Shown piece after piece: positions 39,045-48,349 of a DNA stretch of 64,000 nucleotides; position 1 is the stretch's first letter; each line of letters starts with the position of its first letter. The stretch lies in the IMG/VR virus record IMGVR_UViG_3300045972_000138, positions 124,001 through 188,000 of that record; one strand, given 5' to 3'. The notes under the pieces are model-generated. The model did no database searches, had not been told where the DNA came from, and was given only the letters and a program-made list of their open reading frames with translations. Made by a program: the position numbers and the translations under genes.

Positions 39045-40244
39045 ATGGCCATTGATACATCGCCCGAAGCAGTGCTAGAACAACTAACTCGCGCACGAAT
39101 TTCTTTGTTGTTGCAACAACCTTTCTGGGGCACACTTGCAACACGTCTTATTTTGAAAGACGCCACTGAAGAAGATTGGTGCCCAACAGCGGCAACAAAC
39201 GGCAGATACTTTTACTACAATCGTAATTTTATCTCCAAACTCAACAAGCAAGAATGCATCTTCCTTGTAGCGCACGAAGTTGAACACTGTGTTTACGATC
39301 ACATGGATCGTCGTGGTGGTCGTGCAGCAAAACGCTGGAATGCAGCAGCAGACTACGTTATCAATTATGAACTGCATGAATACAACATTGGTAAGATTCC
39401 AGATCCAAAGACATCTGGTGTACAGGCCTGCTTTGATCCAAAGTACAAAGGAATGTTTGCTGAAGAAGTATACGAACAACTTACAGACGATCAAAAGTTT
39501 CCAGAGTTCGATGTTCACCTGGAGCCAGGTGATGGCAAGGGTGATCCGATGTCGGAAGACGAACAGCGCGAATTGAGCGATGAAATCCGTAATGCCGTTA
39601 TGCAGGCAGCAAAGAGCGCAGGTGCTGGCAAGGTTCCTGCAGGTGTGCGTCGTATGCTCAAGGATCTTACCGAACCACAAATGGATTGGCGTGAAATCTT
39701 GAATATGAAGATTCAATCTATGGTTAAGAGCGACTTTACCTGGGATCGTTGCTCGCGTAAGATGCAGAGCACTGGTATCTATTTGCCATCAACAAAGAAT
39801 GACTTCAAGGCTCGTGCAGCAGTAGCAATCGATGCATCCGGATCTATGGGCGATAATATGTTGCGTGATTTGCTTGGCGAAACCAAAGGCATCATGGAAC
39901 AGTTCAACGATTTTGAACTTGATGTGTGGACATTTGATACAAAGGTATACAACCCTGTACGTTTCACACCCGACAATATTGATGAAATCGATACATACGA
40001 TATTAAGGGCGGCGGTGGTACTGACTTTGATGTCAACTTTGCTTACATGAAGGAAGCTGGGTTGGAACCAGAACGCTTTATTATGATGACAGACGGATAC
40101 CCTTGCGGTAGCTGGGGCGACGAATTTTACTGCGATACATTGTTCCTTATCCACGGTGACCCACATCACAAGTTAGTTGCACCGTTTGGTATGACAGCAT
40201 GGTACGAACCAGATAGTCATTCACCGCAAAACAAGAAGAAATAA
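39045..40244 (+). CDS. Metallopeptidase + vWA domain protein (DUF2201-type), likely MoxR partner
   Basis: TAATNG, HEVEH zinc motif, MIDAS DASGS, GGGGTDF and MTDGY motifs. Confidence 0.88.
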   Translation: MAIDTSPEAVLEQLTRARISLLLQQPFWGTLATRLILKDATEEDWCPTAATNGRYFYYNRNFISKLNKQECIFLVAHEVEHCVYDHMDRRGGRAAKRWNAAADYVINYELHEYNIGKIPDPKTSGVQACFDPKYKGMFAEEVYEQLTDDQKFPEFDVHLEPGDGKGDPMSEDEQRELSDEIRNAVMQAAKSAGAGKVPAGVRRMLKDLTEPQMDWREILNMKIQSMVKSDFTWDRCSRKMQSTGIYLPSTKNDFKARAAVAIDASGSMGDNMLRDLLGETKGIMEQFNDFELDVWTFDTKVYNPVRFTPDNIDEIDTYDIKGGGGTDFDVNFAYMKEAGLEPERFIMMTDGYPCGSWGDEFYCDTLFLIHGDPHHKLVAPFGMTAWYEPDSHSPQNKKK

Positions 40245-40245
40245 T

Positions 40246-40524
40246 ATGAGTTTTCTACTACCAACCAACGAAGAGTTTGTTGAAGAAGTAGCCAAAGCAT
40301 TAGGCAGAGACAGGCTATTCAGGGATGCCTCTGACCTAATGAAATCTAAGCTAGGTGTTACACTCAAAGAAACCGAGTCACTTGATGCACGGTTTGATGG
40401 TGTGTTCGAACAGCTTTGGGCCGGTGATGACGAAGAAGCCGAATGGAATAGAGAAAACTATAAGGCAGATGCCCTTACAGCTATCAACAAGATTAATCTT
40501 CTATTACTCACAATGGTAAATTAA
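40246..40524 (+). CDS. Hypothetical protein
   Basis: Coupled ORF. Confidence 0.65.
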   Translation: MSFLLPTNEEFVEEVAKALGRDRLFRDASDLMKSKLGVTLKETESLDARFDGVFEQLWAGDDEEAEWNRENYKADALTAINKINLLLLTMVN

Positions 40525-40549
40525 AGGTAAATACATTAAGGGCAACTTA

Positions 40550-40822
40550 ATGTATCAAACCTCATTATTTTTTAGAATAAAAAACAGTAGCACGGCATTT
40601 GAAAAGTACCGTATTATTGAGTACTTCTTTAAATATTGGGTAGACGATACCTGCAACAATGAAGTTGATTACAGTGTAGAATCTGTATCAACTGCCAGCA
40701 TAGATTCACGTAAGCTAGAAGAATTAGTTAGAGTGGATTTCGAACACATTGAAGATGCAGTCGCTATAAAGCTAAAAGGTGTCCCACGAGAATACCAACC
40801 ATATATTGAAATAGTAGGTTGA
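40550..40822 (+). CDS. Hypothetical protein
   Basis: Late-type AAATA motif upstream; F...EDA.A.KL motif. Confidence 0.6.
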   Translation: MYQTSLFFRIKNSSTAFEKYRIIEYFFKYWVDDTCNNEVDYSVESVSTASIDSRKLEELVRVDFEHIEDAVAIKLKGVPREYQPYIEIVG

Positions 40823-40878
40823 CCTACTATGTCTATGGTTATATAATAACAACAAATAGACTTAACCAATAAATTATT

Positions 40879-41499
40879 ATGTCAGATGTACTACTATTAA
40901 ACGCAGATGGAATGCCATTGTCGTCGATCCCACTTTCAGTGGTGAATTGGCAAGTGGCTGTACGACTTCTTGTAACTGACAAGGTTAAAATCTTGAAAGA
41001 ATACGATGACTGGGTTGTAAGATCTCAACACCTAGAAATGAAGGTGCCGTCTATCGTCATTATGTCTGAGCAAGTAAAGTGGGCAAAGACACTAAAATAT
41101 AGCCGAAATAACGTCTATTTACGTGATGATTTTACGTGTCAGCTACAAAGTACGAACCGTTGTGCCGACGCACACGGAAAAGGTCATCCTGTTGCTGAAT
41201 TGACATTAGACCACGTTGTTCCTAAGTCCCATGGTGGTAAGACATCCTGGACAAACGTTGTTACCTGCTGCAAGTCTTGTAACAGCGAAAAGGGTAACGA
41301 CCATACTATTGTTCCTAAGAAGGTTCCAGTGAAGCCAACGTACTACCAGATACTGGCCAAACGTAAGACATTACCAATTAGTGTTAAAGACCCGGATTGG
41401 AAGTTTTACATACAGTGGCCAGAACATCTTGTTACGGTAGTAGATCACCGAGCAGGTGCTCAGCCAAGTCTACTTGATGACGAATCAATAGACATTTAA
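40879..41499 (+). CDS. HNH endonuclease (McrA-like)
   Basis: VLLLNADG.P, RD...CQ, LTLDHVVP.S.GG..SW.N.VT.C..CN..KG. Confidence 0.9.
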   Translation: MSDVLLLNADGMPLSSIPLSVVNWQVAVRLLVTDKVKILKEYDDWVVRSQHLEMKVPSIVIMSEQVKWAKTLKYSRNNVYLRDDFTCQLQSTNRCADAHGKGHPVAELTLDHVVPKSHGGKTSWTNVVTCCKSCNSEKGNDHTIVPKKVPVKPTYYQILAKRKTLPISVKDPDWKFYIQWPEHLVTVVDHRAGAQPSLLDDESIDI

Positions 41500-41524
41500 A
41501 AAAAGCCCCGCAAGGGGCTTTTTT
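41498..41524. terminator. Bidirectional terminator
   Basis: A7-GCCCC-gcaa-GGGGC-T6 between convergent genes. Confidence 0.9.
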
Positions 41525-41843
41525 ATATCCGGAAACTTTCTCCACACCCACATCGGTCGCGCTCATTAGGATTATTGAATTTAAATCCTTCATTCAACCC
41601 TTCGCGTACATAGTCTATCTCCATTCCCTGTAGGTATGCACAGCTCTTTGGATCAACAAATAGTTTACATTCTTTGCAATCTATACACAGATCTTCATCT
41701 TGTGCTGCATCTACATATTCTAGTACATATGCGAGCCCACTACATCCTGTAGTTTTAACACCCAATCTTATACCTGTCCCTTTGCCACGCTTTACAATTA
41801 CCTGCTGAATTTTCCTTGCTGCCTTATCAGTTAGTGTCAGCAT
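41523..41843 (-). CDS. iscA: Fe-S cluster assembly protein IscA
   Basis: GIRLGVKTTGCSGLAY and NPNE..RCGCGESF motifs. Confidence 0.93.
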   Translation of the reverse strand: MLTLTDKAARKIQQVIVKRGKGTGIRLGVKTTGCSGLAYVLEYVDAAQDEDLCIDCKECKLFVDPKSCAYLQGMEIDYVREGLNEGFKFNNPNERDRCGCGESFRI

Positions 41844-42213
41844 GTTTTGCCCTATAATCCGCTACAGCAGCCTTGATAGCATCTTCTGCCAAAATCGAGC
41901 AATGAATCTTAACGGGTGGAAGTGCAAGTTCTTCGGCAATTTCACTGTTCTTAAGACTTCCTGCTTGATCAAGTGTTTTTCCTTTAACCCATTCTGTGAC
42001 GAGCGATGAACTAGCAATAGCGGATCCGCATCCGTATGTTTTGAATTTTGCATCTTGAATTACTCCATTAACTACTTTAATTTGTAGTTTCATTACGTCG
42101 CCACACGCAGGCGCGCCGACCATGCCTGTGCCTACGTCTTCATCTCCCTTATCAAAGGAGCCCACGTTACGTGGATTTTCATAGTGATCTATAACTTGTT
42201 GTGAATATGCCAT
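41827..42213 (-). CDS. iscU: Fe-S scaffold IscU
   Basis: DHYENPRNVG, GAPACGDVMKLQI, TYGCGSAIASSS and LPPVKIHCSILAEDA motifs. Confidence 0.97.
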   Translation of the reverse strand: MAYSQQVIDHYENPRNVGSFDKGDEDVGTGMVGAPACGDVMKLQIKVVNGVIQDAKFKTYGCGSAIASSSLVTEWVKGKTLDQAGSLKNSEIAEELALPPVKIHCSILAEDAIKAAVADYRAKHADTN

Positions 42214-42283
42214 AATAGTTTACCTTTTTACTCTACTATTTATCACAAATTTTTATAGTTAACTACAGTTTTATAAATATTTG

Positions 42284-42751
42284 ATGGACTATACAAAAAT
42301 ATACAATAATATTATACATCGTGCTCAGAATAGAATCTTAGAAGGGTATATTGAGAAACACCATATTATACCAAAGTGCCTTGGTGGCAACAACGATATA
42401 ATTAACCTGGTTGCACTTACACCGGAAGAGCATTATCTCTGCCATCTTATATTAGTAAAAATTCATCCTTCTAACCGTAAAATATTACACGCGGCTAAAA
42501 TGATGAGTGGCCAAGGTAATAATAAAAAATACGGCTGGATTAAGAGGCGAATTTCTAAATTAGGATTTAGCGATGAACATAAAGCAAATATGTCCAAAGC
42601 ACAATTCGAAAGAGCAAAAATCTATAAAAGAGAAACAACCTTAGAACAAATGCAAGAAAGATGGGCCAAGAATGCAATAAAAAGGGAAGAGAAGAAAACA
42701 AATGCTATTATAACAGCACTTATATATGCAGTTTCTGTAAAATCGTTGTAA
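42284..42751 (+). CDS. HNH homing endonuclease
   Basis: YIEKHHIIPKCLGG.N...NLV.LT.EEH...H; TATAAATA 4 nt before ATG. Confidence 0.85.
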   Translation: MDYTKIYNNIIHRAQNRILEGYIEKHHIIPKCLGGNNDIINLVALTPEEHYLCHLILVKIHPSNRKILHAAKMMSGQGNNKKYGWIKRRISKLGFSDEHKANMSKAQFERAKIYKRETTLEQMQERWAKNAIKREEKKTNAIITALIYAVSVKSL

Positions 42752-42844
42752 AAAATGACCAATATTATGGGCGAAAATCTATATAAGATATAAATATGTG
42801 CGTATAGAATCACTCTTACACCATTTAACAAAACGGAGATTATA

Positions 42845-43129
42845 ATGGCAAAAGCAAAGAAGACCCCAGCAGCAGAAGCAGTAGTTACACCAGAAGCTGA
42901 AGCGCAAACAACAACATCTATTGAGCCAGTGCAATTAACTATTGCCGACTTGCAACTATTGGGTCGTATTATCGACTTGGCATCGCGCCGTGGTGCATTC
43001 CAGGCTAATGAATTGTCACAAGTTGGTGATGCATTTAACAAGCTATCAGGCTTTTTAGCATATGTCGAAAGTGTCCAGTCCAAGGAAGCAGAAGCAGTAG
43101 CTGAAGAAGAAACAGCAGACGCAGAATAA
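42845..43129 (+). CDS. Hypothetical protein
   Basis: GGAG SD; LTI.DL...IID.ASRRGAF.A.E motif. Confidence 0.8.
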   Translation: MAKAKKTPAAEAVVTPEAEAQTTTSIEPVQLTIADLQLLGRIIDLASRRGAFQANELSQVGDAFNKLSGFLAYVESVQSKEAEAVAEEETADAE

Positions 43130-43154
43130 ACAAAGGGGATAATCCCCTTTGTTT
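43129..43154 (+). terminator. Hairpin/terminator
   Basis: AACAAAGGGGA-taa-TCCCCTTTGTT. Confidence 0.6.
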
Positions 43155-43172
43155 CCTTAAGGAGACACTAAC

Positions 43173-43982
43173 GTGGCAATTGAAAATTTAAAGAAGCATG
43201 CCGGAGTGCTAAAAAATACCGGAGTGCGAGTCGCAGTTGTTTTTAGAAAACTTCCTAACGATGATAAGAATTGTCTTATTGTTGAAACAGAACGTTTGCC
43301 AGACAGCTATCACGACTACGTAATTCAAACTCTAAACTCTAGGGAAGCAGCAGAGACAAATGAGTTTTATGAAGTATTAAATCGCAGGACATTTCCGGAT
43401 GGAACAAACTGTTTAACATCGTTGCATCAACGCGGTTTCCTACGTAGGGAACCAGTTACAAATGTAACAATGATGCCGTTACCGGGCCAGGCAGTTCCTC
43501 TTGAGCTTATCAATGCTACTATTGATAATAAGGTAGCAGAGTACAAAGCAAGGCAAGCAGATCAAGCAACATCTGACTCTGTTGCAGAAACTGTAGCAGC
43601 AGCACGCGAAGCATTAGCCAATGATCCATCGGCTATTGCCAAGGGTTTAATTGCTCAAGCCGAACTACTTGAAGCAGATGCAGCAGCAAAACGCGAGCAG
43701 GCATATACTCTTGATCCCGAGTCACGCCCAGGTCGTGGTCGTCCTTCATTACCTGTTGATATCAAGGCACAGAAACTTGAAGAACAGAAAGCAAAACGTC
43801 GTGAGCGTGACCAACGCAAAGCGGCAGATGCTAAGGTAGAGAAGAAGGTATCTGCAATTGATGCTAAGGTGCAGGCCAAGTTAGAAAGAGATGCTGCCCG
43901 CAGCGAATCTGCAACAACTATCACTATCAAAGAGAAACCTGCAGCTAAGTCTAGAGCAAAAACACCTGTCACAGCTAAATAA
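43173..43982 (+). CDS. Hypothetical protein with basic coiled-coil/AT-hook-like tail
   Basis: AAGGAG SD with GTG start; GRGRP motif. Confidence 0.8.
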   Translation: MAIENLKKHAGVLKNTGVRVAVVFRKLPNDDKNCLIVETERLPDSYHDYVIQTLNSREAAETNEFYEVLNRRTFPDGTNCLTSLHQRGFLRREPVTNVTMMPLPGQAVPLELINATIDNKVAEYKARQADQATSDSVAETVAAAREALANDPSAIAKGLIAQAELLEADAAAKREQAYTLDPESRPGRGRPSLPVDIKAQKLEEQKAKRRERDQRKAADAKVEKKVSAIDAKVQAKLERDAARSESATTITIKEKPAAKSRAKTPVTAK

Positions 43983-44053
43983 TTCTCCCATTAAAGCAGC
44001 TGGTTATACACCAGCTGCCTTCTTATAAATACTTATAACAGGGAGATGCAAGG

Positions 44054-44386
44054 ATGACTAAGAAAGTAACAAACATTAGTGTCGATAAGGCGTTGAGTAG
44101 AATTGCGAAGCCATCAGTCTTTGATCGAATAGTAAAAGAGATTGATGCTAAGGAAATTCCCGCAAAATATGTTCAGCAGATTTTAGTTCAATACTACGAC
44201 GGTAATATTGTTGAGTTACATGGTAATGAAATAACGCACCCTATTCCAATGAATAAGGATGCACCGTGGGATAAGATATCAGAATCATTTAAGAAAATGA
44301 GAGATGTTAAAGTTTTTATTAACGTTGATGTGCTCGAAGAAGATATAAATGAACTAGTTGAAAAATACCTTGGTGCTTATTGTTAA
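44054..44386 (+). CDS. Hypothetical protein
   Basis: TATAAATA upstream, SD present. Confidence 0.75.
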   Translation: MTKKVTNISVDKALSRIAKPSVFDRIVKEIDAKEIPAKYVQQILVQYYDGNIVELHGNEITHPIPMNKDAPWDKISESFKKMRDVKVFINVDVLEEDINELVEKYLGAYC

Positions 44387-45444
44387 CTACTAAATTTTAA
44401 TTCTAACCAATTATAATCATTGATCAACCCGAGCATATCGGGTTGATCCTTATGTGCTCGGCCAAATTTGGCACCTGCAATAGCACCCTCGATTGCAAAT
44501 TCTCCAAACTCTCTATCTGCACCTTTTGTGCACCAGGTATTCAATCTTTCTTCTGTTTCGGTATCTACGCCATTTGTTATAATTTTAGAAGCCAGTTTAG
44601 CACATTCCCTAAATCCACTACGCCATGCAGAAAACGGATCTGTATTGAATTTGGTTATATTGCTTACTTCGGGCATCACTTTAAAGTGTTTAGAAACACT
44701 TGTTGTAAAGTCAATAGGTGAGCCGTTGTATTCTAGTAACATCTTACGCGGAAATAACTTAACACCACCATATCCGTATATTAAGTCGTTAATGGGATTC
44801 TTTGAATTCCATACATGTACTGTGTTTATATTGTAGGCATCGGGGTAGTAATCGAAGTTGAATAGTAGTTCTATTTCAGCATCGGCATCTACTACATAAA
44901 ACACATCTGTTTCTGCTTTAGATGCTGCAACCTTATGAGCCTCGTAAATTCCATTCACACCATTCACACGCTTGGCCTGTGGAAATTTATTTTTAAGTTT
45001 GCCAAAATTATAGTCAGCAAATGCTTCGTTATAACTTAGAAATACAATATCAATTTTAGGATATGCAAATATAGATTCAGATATTACCTTAAGTTTTACG
45101 TTACCGGCTGCAACATTATCGTCACTATATAAATTAGGATTCTCTAACACTAATTCTTTATTGTATAATCTTACAGATAAGTCGTTGTTCCATATATGTA
45201 GATATTCTTTATCCCACACTGGTGGCTTAAAGCTAAAATTAAAGGAAGTAAATAATAACTCTCTATCGGCGTTTATAACATAAAAGAAATCTGTTGTAGA
45301 TTTCTTAGCAAGATTATATAAATCACTGCCCGTAAGATTAGATTGCTCAACCTTAATAATCGAATTAACAAACATGTTCTTGTTCATTGATTCAGCCATA
45401 GGTTTAGTAATTTCGGTATATGTAATAAAGATATGTTGTGCCAT
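44383..45444 (-). CDS. Glycosyltransferase-like protein (GT-A, DxD), two related repeats
   Basis: DIVFLSY.E..AD.NF, AH..AA..A.TD.FYVVDAD and YG.GGVKL motifs; leaderless late promoter at 45449-45455 supports start 45444. Confidence 0.65.
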   Translation of the reverse strand: MAQHIFITYTEITKPMAESMNKNMFVNSIIKVEQSNLTGSDLYNLAKKSTTDFFYVINADRELLFTSFNFSFKPPVWDKEYLHIWNNDLSVRLYNKELVLENPNLYSDDNVAAGNVKLKVISESIFAYPKIDIVFLSYNEAFADYNFGKLKNKFPQAKRVNGVNGIYEAHKVAASKAETDVFYVVDADAEIELLFNFDYYPDAYNINTVHVWNSKNPINDLIYGYGGVKLFPRKMLLEYNGSPIDFTTSVSKHFKVMPEVSNITKFNTDPFSAWRSGFRECAKLASKIITNGVDTETEERLNTWCTKGADREFGEFAIEGAIAGAKFGRAHKDQPDMLGLINDYNWLELKFSS

Positions 45445-45500
45445 ACTGTATTTATGCAGGGTTATTTGACAAAAATAATTATTGGTTGTATACTGGTGAT

Positions 45501-45776
45501 ATGAATGAGTACGTTTATGTTGAGTTCCTTTTCGATATGCCCGATTCACTAATAGGGTCTGTTGAATTGCGAAAGCTTGGCGATGATTTTCAGTTGATAG
45601 ATACGAGCGAGGAATTCGATCACGGTGGTGCATACCACACCGGCCAACGATATTGCGGGAAGATAAGTGCTGAAGCAGCAACAATGATTAAACTTAGTAA
45701 TCCATTCTTGGCCGAACATATGCATATTTCTTATATCTCCACACAGTTGAAAGACAAATACAGAACTGATAAATAG
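45501..45776 (+). CDS. Hypothetical protein, leaderless
   Basis: TTGACA(45466)-N17-TATACT, then 6 nt to ATG. Confidence 0.65.
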   Translation: MNEYVYVEFLFDMPDSLIGSVELRKLGDDFQLIDTSEEFDHGGAYHTGQRYCGKISAEAATMIKLSNPFLAEHMHISYISTQLKDKYRTDK

Positions 45777-45779
45777 TGG

Positions 45780-46166
45780 ATGACAATCACTATATCTAAC
45801 ATAATTGCACTACCTACAAGTCCTTTCCAGGGATCTGGATTAGTAGGTATTGTAATAACCTCGGGTGTTCCTAGTTACTTTAAACTAGAGGGCACTGAAC
45901 TAAACAGAATAACTGATGTAAATTGGTACCCAAATAACCCGGCTTCGGTTGCATTTATAACAAGGCAACTTATACTTGTTGATCAGACTATGGGCACGTT
46001 TATGATAAAGGTTACAGACAACTATTTGTCTGTAACGGATAGAGGCGGCAGGTTAAGTTTTAGAATAGACACAGGCGAAACAATAACGTTTCCAGTAAAG
46101 ACATATGGTCCTGTATCCTATCAGCCATTATGGACAAGCCCGTACGAAGGTTTAAATACAGGTTAA
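45780..46166 (+). CDS. Late beta-rich (Ig-like) protein
   Basis: ATAAATA 4 nt before ATG. Confidence 0.7.
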   Translation: MTITISNIIALPTSPFQGSGLVGIVITSGVPSYFKLEGTELNRITDVNWYPNNPASVAFITRQLILVDQTMGTFMIKVTDNYLSVTDRGGRLSFRIDTGETITFPVKTYGPVSYQPLWTSPYEGLNTG

Positions 46167-46168
46167 CA

Positions 46169-46945
46169 ATGAAATATATTATCGCCATATGTGCTATGTC
46201 TATATGCTTTACCGCATCTGCTAGGTCGGGTCATAGCCATAAGGCGCCTGCACATCCTTCTGTGCCTTTTACTTCAACACCAGAGAGTTATCTTATTGCC
46301 GATAGCAATGGTGTCACAATCAAAGAACAAGATAGTGAGCTTCAACGCCCTATTGCATCTATATCAAAGTTGATGGTTGGCTTACTAGCGTCTGCACAGG
46401 ATCTAAAAGAAGAATTATTGATTCCTTCTAAGCGTGCGGTAAGCAGCAGCATACCGAATAAGCAAAAAACATTGCCGCGAATAGAATTGCTGACATTAGC
46501 ATTAGTTAAGTCCGATAACTTTGCAGCACAAATCCTTTGCGAAAATATCCCTAACTGCATAAGTGCAATGAATACACGAGCACAGGAGCTAGGAATGTTG
46601 CGCACGTACTATGAAGAGCCAACTGGCCTAAGTAAAAACAATGTGAGTACAGCAAACGATCTACTAAAATTGTTGATGGTAGCAGCATCAAATACAACAA
46701 TAACATCGGTATCTAGTTTATCCACAGCAAGTGTAGATACTGGTAATAAATCAATCACTATAAAGAACACAAACCCGTTAACGGCTAAAATGGATATAGT
46801 ATTATCTAAGACAGGATTCACTAATCCTGCTGGCCAATGTTTGATTATGGGTGTTAGGTCGCCAGTCGGAGTGAAGTATTTTATACTTTTAGGAAGTAAA
46901 CATCGTATTCCGGAGATGGAAAGACTATACAAAGATGTATCTTAG
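46169..46945 (+). CDS. Peptidase S11 D,D-peptidase (PBP7/PbpG-like)
   Basis: Signal peptide; catalytic triad motifs SxxK (ASISKL), SxN (KSDN) and KTG (SKTGF); EPTGL..N.STA.DL. Confidence 0.88.
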   Translation: MKYIIAICAMSICFTASARSGHSHKAPAHPSVPFTSTPESYLIADSNGVTIKEQDSELQRPIASISKLMVGLLASAQDLKEELLIPSKRAVSSSIPNKQKTLPRIELLTLALVKSDNFAAQILCENIPNCISAMNTRAQELGMLRTYYEEPTGLSKNNVSTANDLLKLLMVAASNTTITSVSSLSTASVDTGNKSITIKNTNPLTAKMDIVLSKTGFTNPAGQCLIMGVRSPVGVKYFILLGSKHRIPEMERLYKDVS

Positions 46946-46960
46946 CTGTATAATGTATGC

Positions 46961-47176
46961 ATGATCAAGCTAATCTACACAGTCGAACCTAAGGAAGCAC
47001 CTGCTGAAAAGGAATGGCTTCGCAGTTTAAAAGTCTATCCTACCTTTGAAAATTATACAGATTGGATACAGAATAAACTATATGTACGATTTGGAATGAT
47101 AGTTGCACCCGATGTTGCACTAATGATTAAGCTGCGCCATCCTTTACAATTTCAATCAGAATACAAACAACGATAA
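46961..47176 (+). CDS. Hypothetical protein
   Basis: TATAAT 6 nt before ATG; A...KLRHP ending. Confidence 0.6.
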   Translation: MIKLIYTVEPKEAPAEKEWLRSLKVYPTFENYTDWIQNKLYVRFGMIVAPDVALMIKLRHPLQFQSEYKQR

Positions 47177-47379
47177 TGAAATACTTTATTCGTGTTAGCG
47201 AAGGCGCCGAAGATACGTGTTTTATTGATTTCTGCAAACGCAATAAGTTGACACCTACATATATCGATTGTGCCTGGGGAACAGAAACATTAACATATCT
47301 ATATACGTTGATGGTATCGCCTAAAGCTATAACAGCATTAAAACTTTCTATGTCACTTCAAATAGCAGAATCTATATGA
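47176..47379 (+). CDS. Hypothetical protein
   Basis: Coupled; similar A..LKL ending. Confidence 0.55.
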   Translation: MKYFIRVSEGAEDTCFIDFCKRNKLTPTYIDCAWGTETLTYLYTLMVSPKAITALKLSMSLQIAESI

Positions 47380-47558
47380 ATGATAATATAAAAGATGTAG
47401 TGGTCGGATTAATGATCGATGCAAGTGTCGAAGACATTGAAAAGTTATCTATTGCTATCATAAAAGAATGTGCAGAATTAAATGACGAGTGGGATGATTC
47501 GGGTAAGTATCATACATTCGGTGAAAGACTTAGACAACACTTTGGGATAAAAGAATGA
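47376..47558 (+). CDS. Small MN...HFGIKE family protein, copy 3
   Basis: IIKECAEL...HFGIKE. Confidence 0.6.
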   Translation: MNDNIKDVVVGLMIDASVEDIEKLSIAIIKECAELNDEWDDSGKYHTFGERLRQHFGIKE

Positions 47559-47869
47559 ACGAAGAATACACATTTACTTTCGAAAAAGAAGAAGAAGCAC
47601 GGTTCCGTAATATCCTATCGCGGCTAGATCCAGATGAATATGTTATTACCGAAGACTTCCATCTTGTTGATCCTGAGCATCCACGAACATCGGATGTTGC
47701 TGTAAAAATCCAAATGGAACCAGAGGCTGCATCCACATTCCGCTTCGGTATGAAGCGTCTTGTTATTCGCCGTACACGTACAGAAGAAGAACTTGCTGCT
47801 GAAAAAGAACGCGACGAAAAGTCCAAAGTGTCTATTACTGTCAGAGTAAACGGATTACCTACCCCATAA
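47555..47869 (+). CDS. Hypothetical protein
   Basis: ATGA-coupled. Confidence 0.7.
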   Translation: MNEEYTFTFEKEEEARFRNILSRLDPDEYVITEDFHLVDPEHPRTSDVAVKIQMEPEAASTFRFGMKRLVIRRTRTEEELAAEKERDEKSKVSITVRVNGLPTP

Positions 47870-47893
47870 TTAACACTATGCATAAATACCATT

Positions 47894-48349
47894 ATGCGCT
47901 ACTTCATTCTGCTTATTGCAATCCTAACGGTTATGGGCGTATTAGCGGACGACAATAAGAAGCCGCGTGAGATAGAGTGGAAGAAAATTTATGGATGGAA
48001 GGGCAGGAATACAACAGCATATGTTGATACCAAATCCGTAAAAGTTCATAAAGAAGATGGTGTGGACTACAAAATGGGAATGATATTATTCTATAGGAAA
48101 GAACCTAAGGAAGTTAACATACCTGGTACAAAACCGTTTGAAGCAAACATATTCGCTAGTTATTATGTTGCTGATTGCGAAAACTACAAAGTAGCAACAG
48201 TAACAGATTTTTATTTTAATTTAGATAGATTGCCGTTACCTTCGGATAAACCATTTAAAATATTTGATTACTCTGACAATGTAACAAAGGTTGAGGAAGT
48301 ATCAAAAGATGATCCACTCTTTGCCGAACTTTGCCCCGTATACATTTGA
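47894..48349 (+). CDS. Secreted/periplasmic protein (surface-adhesin-E-like)
   Basis: Signal peptide; YVD..SV, Y..DC and terminal C motifs; leaderless late promoter at 47882-47888. Confidence 0.6.
   Translation: MRYFILLIAILTVMGVLADDNKKPREIEWKKIYGWKGRNTTAYVDTKSVKVHKEDGVDYKMGMILFYRKEPKEVNIPGTKPFEANIFASYYVADCENYKVATVTDFYFNLDRLPLPSDKPFKIFDYSDNVTKVEEVSKDDPLFAELCPVYI

Noticed and set aside
44383-45684. 433-aa ORF-track call for the minus-strand glycosyltransferase
   Set aside because: The first 80 codons overlap a plus-strand gene and a promoter; a leaderless late promoter supports start 45444.
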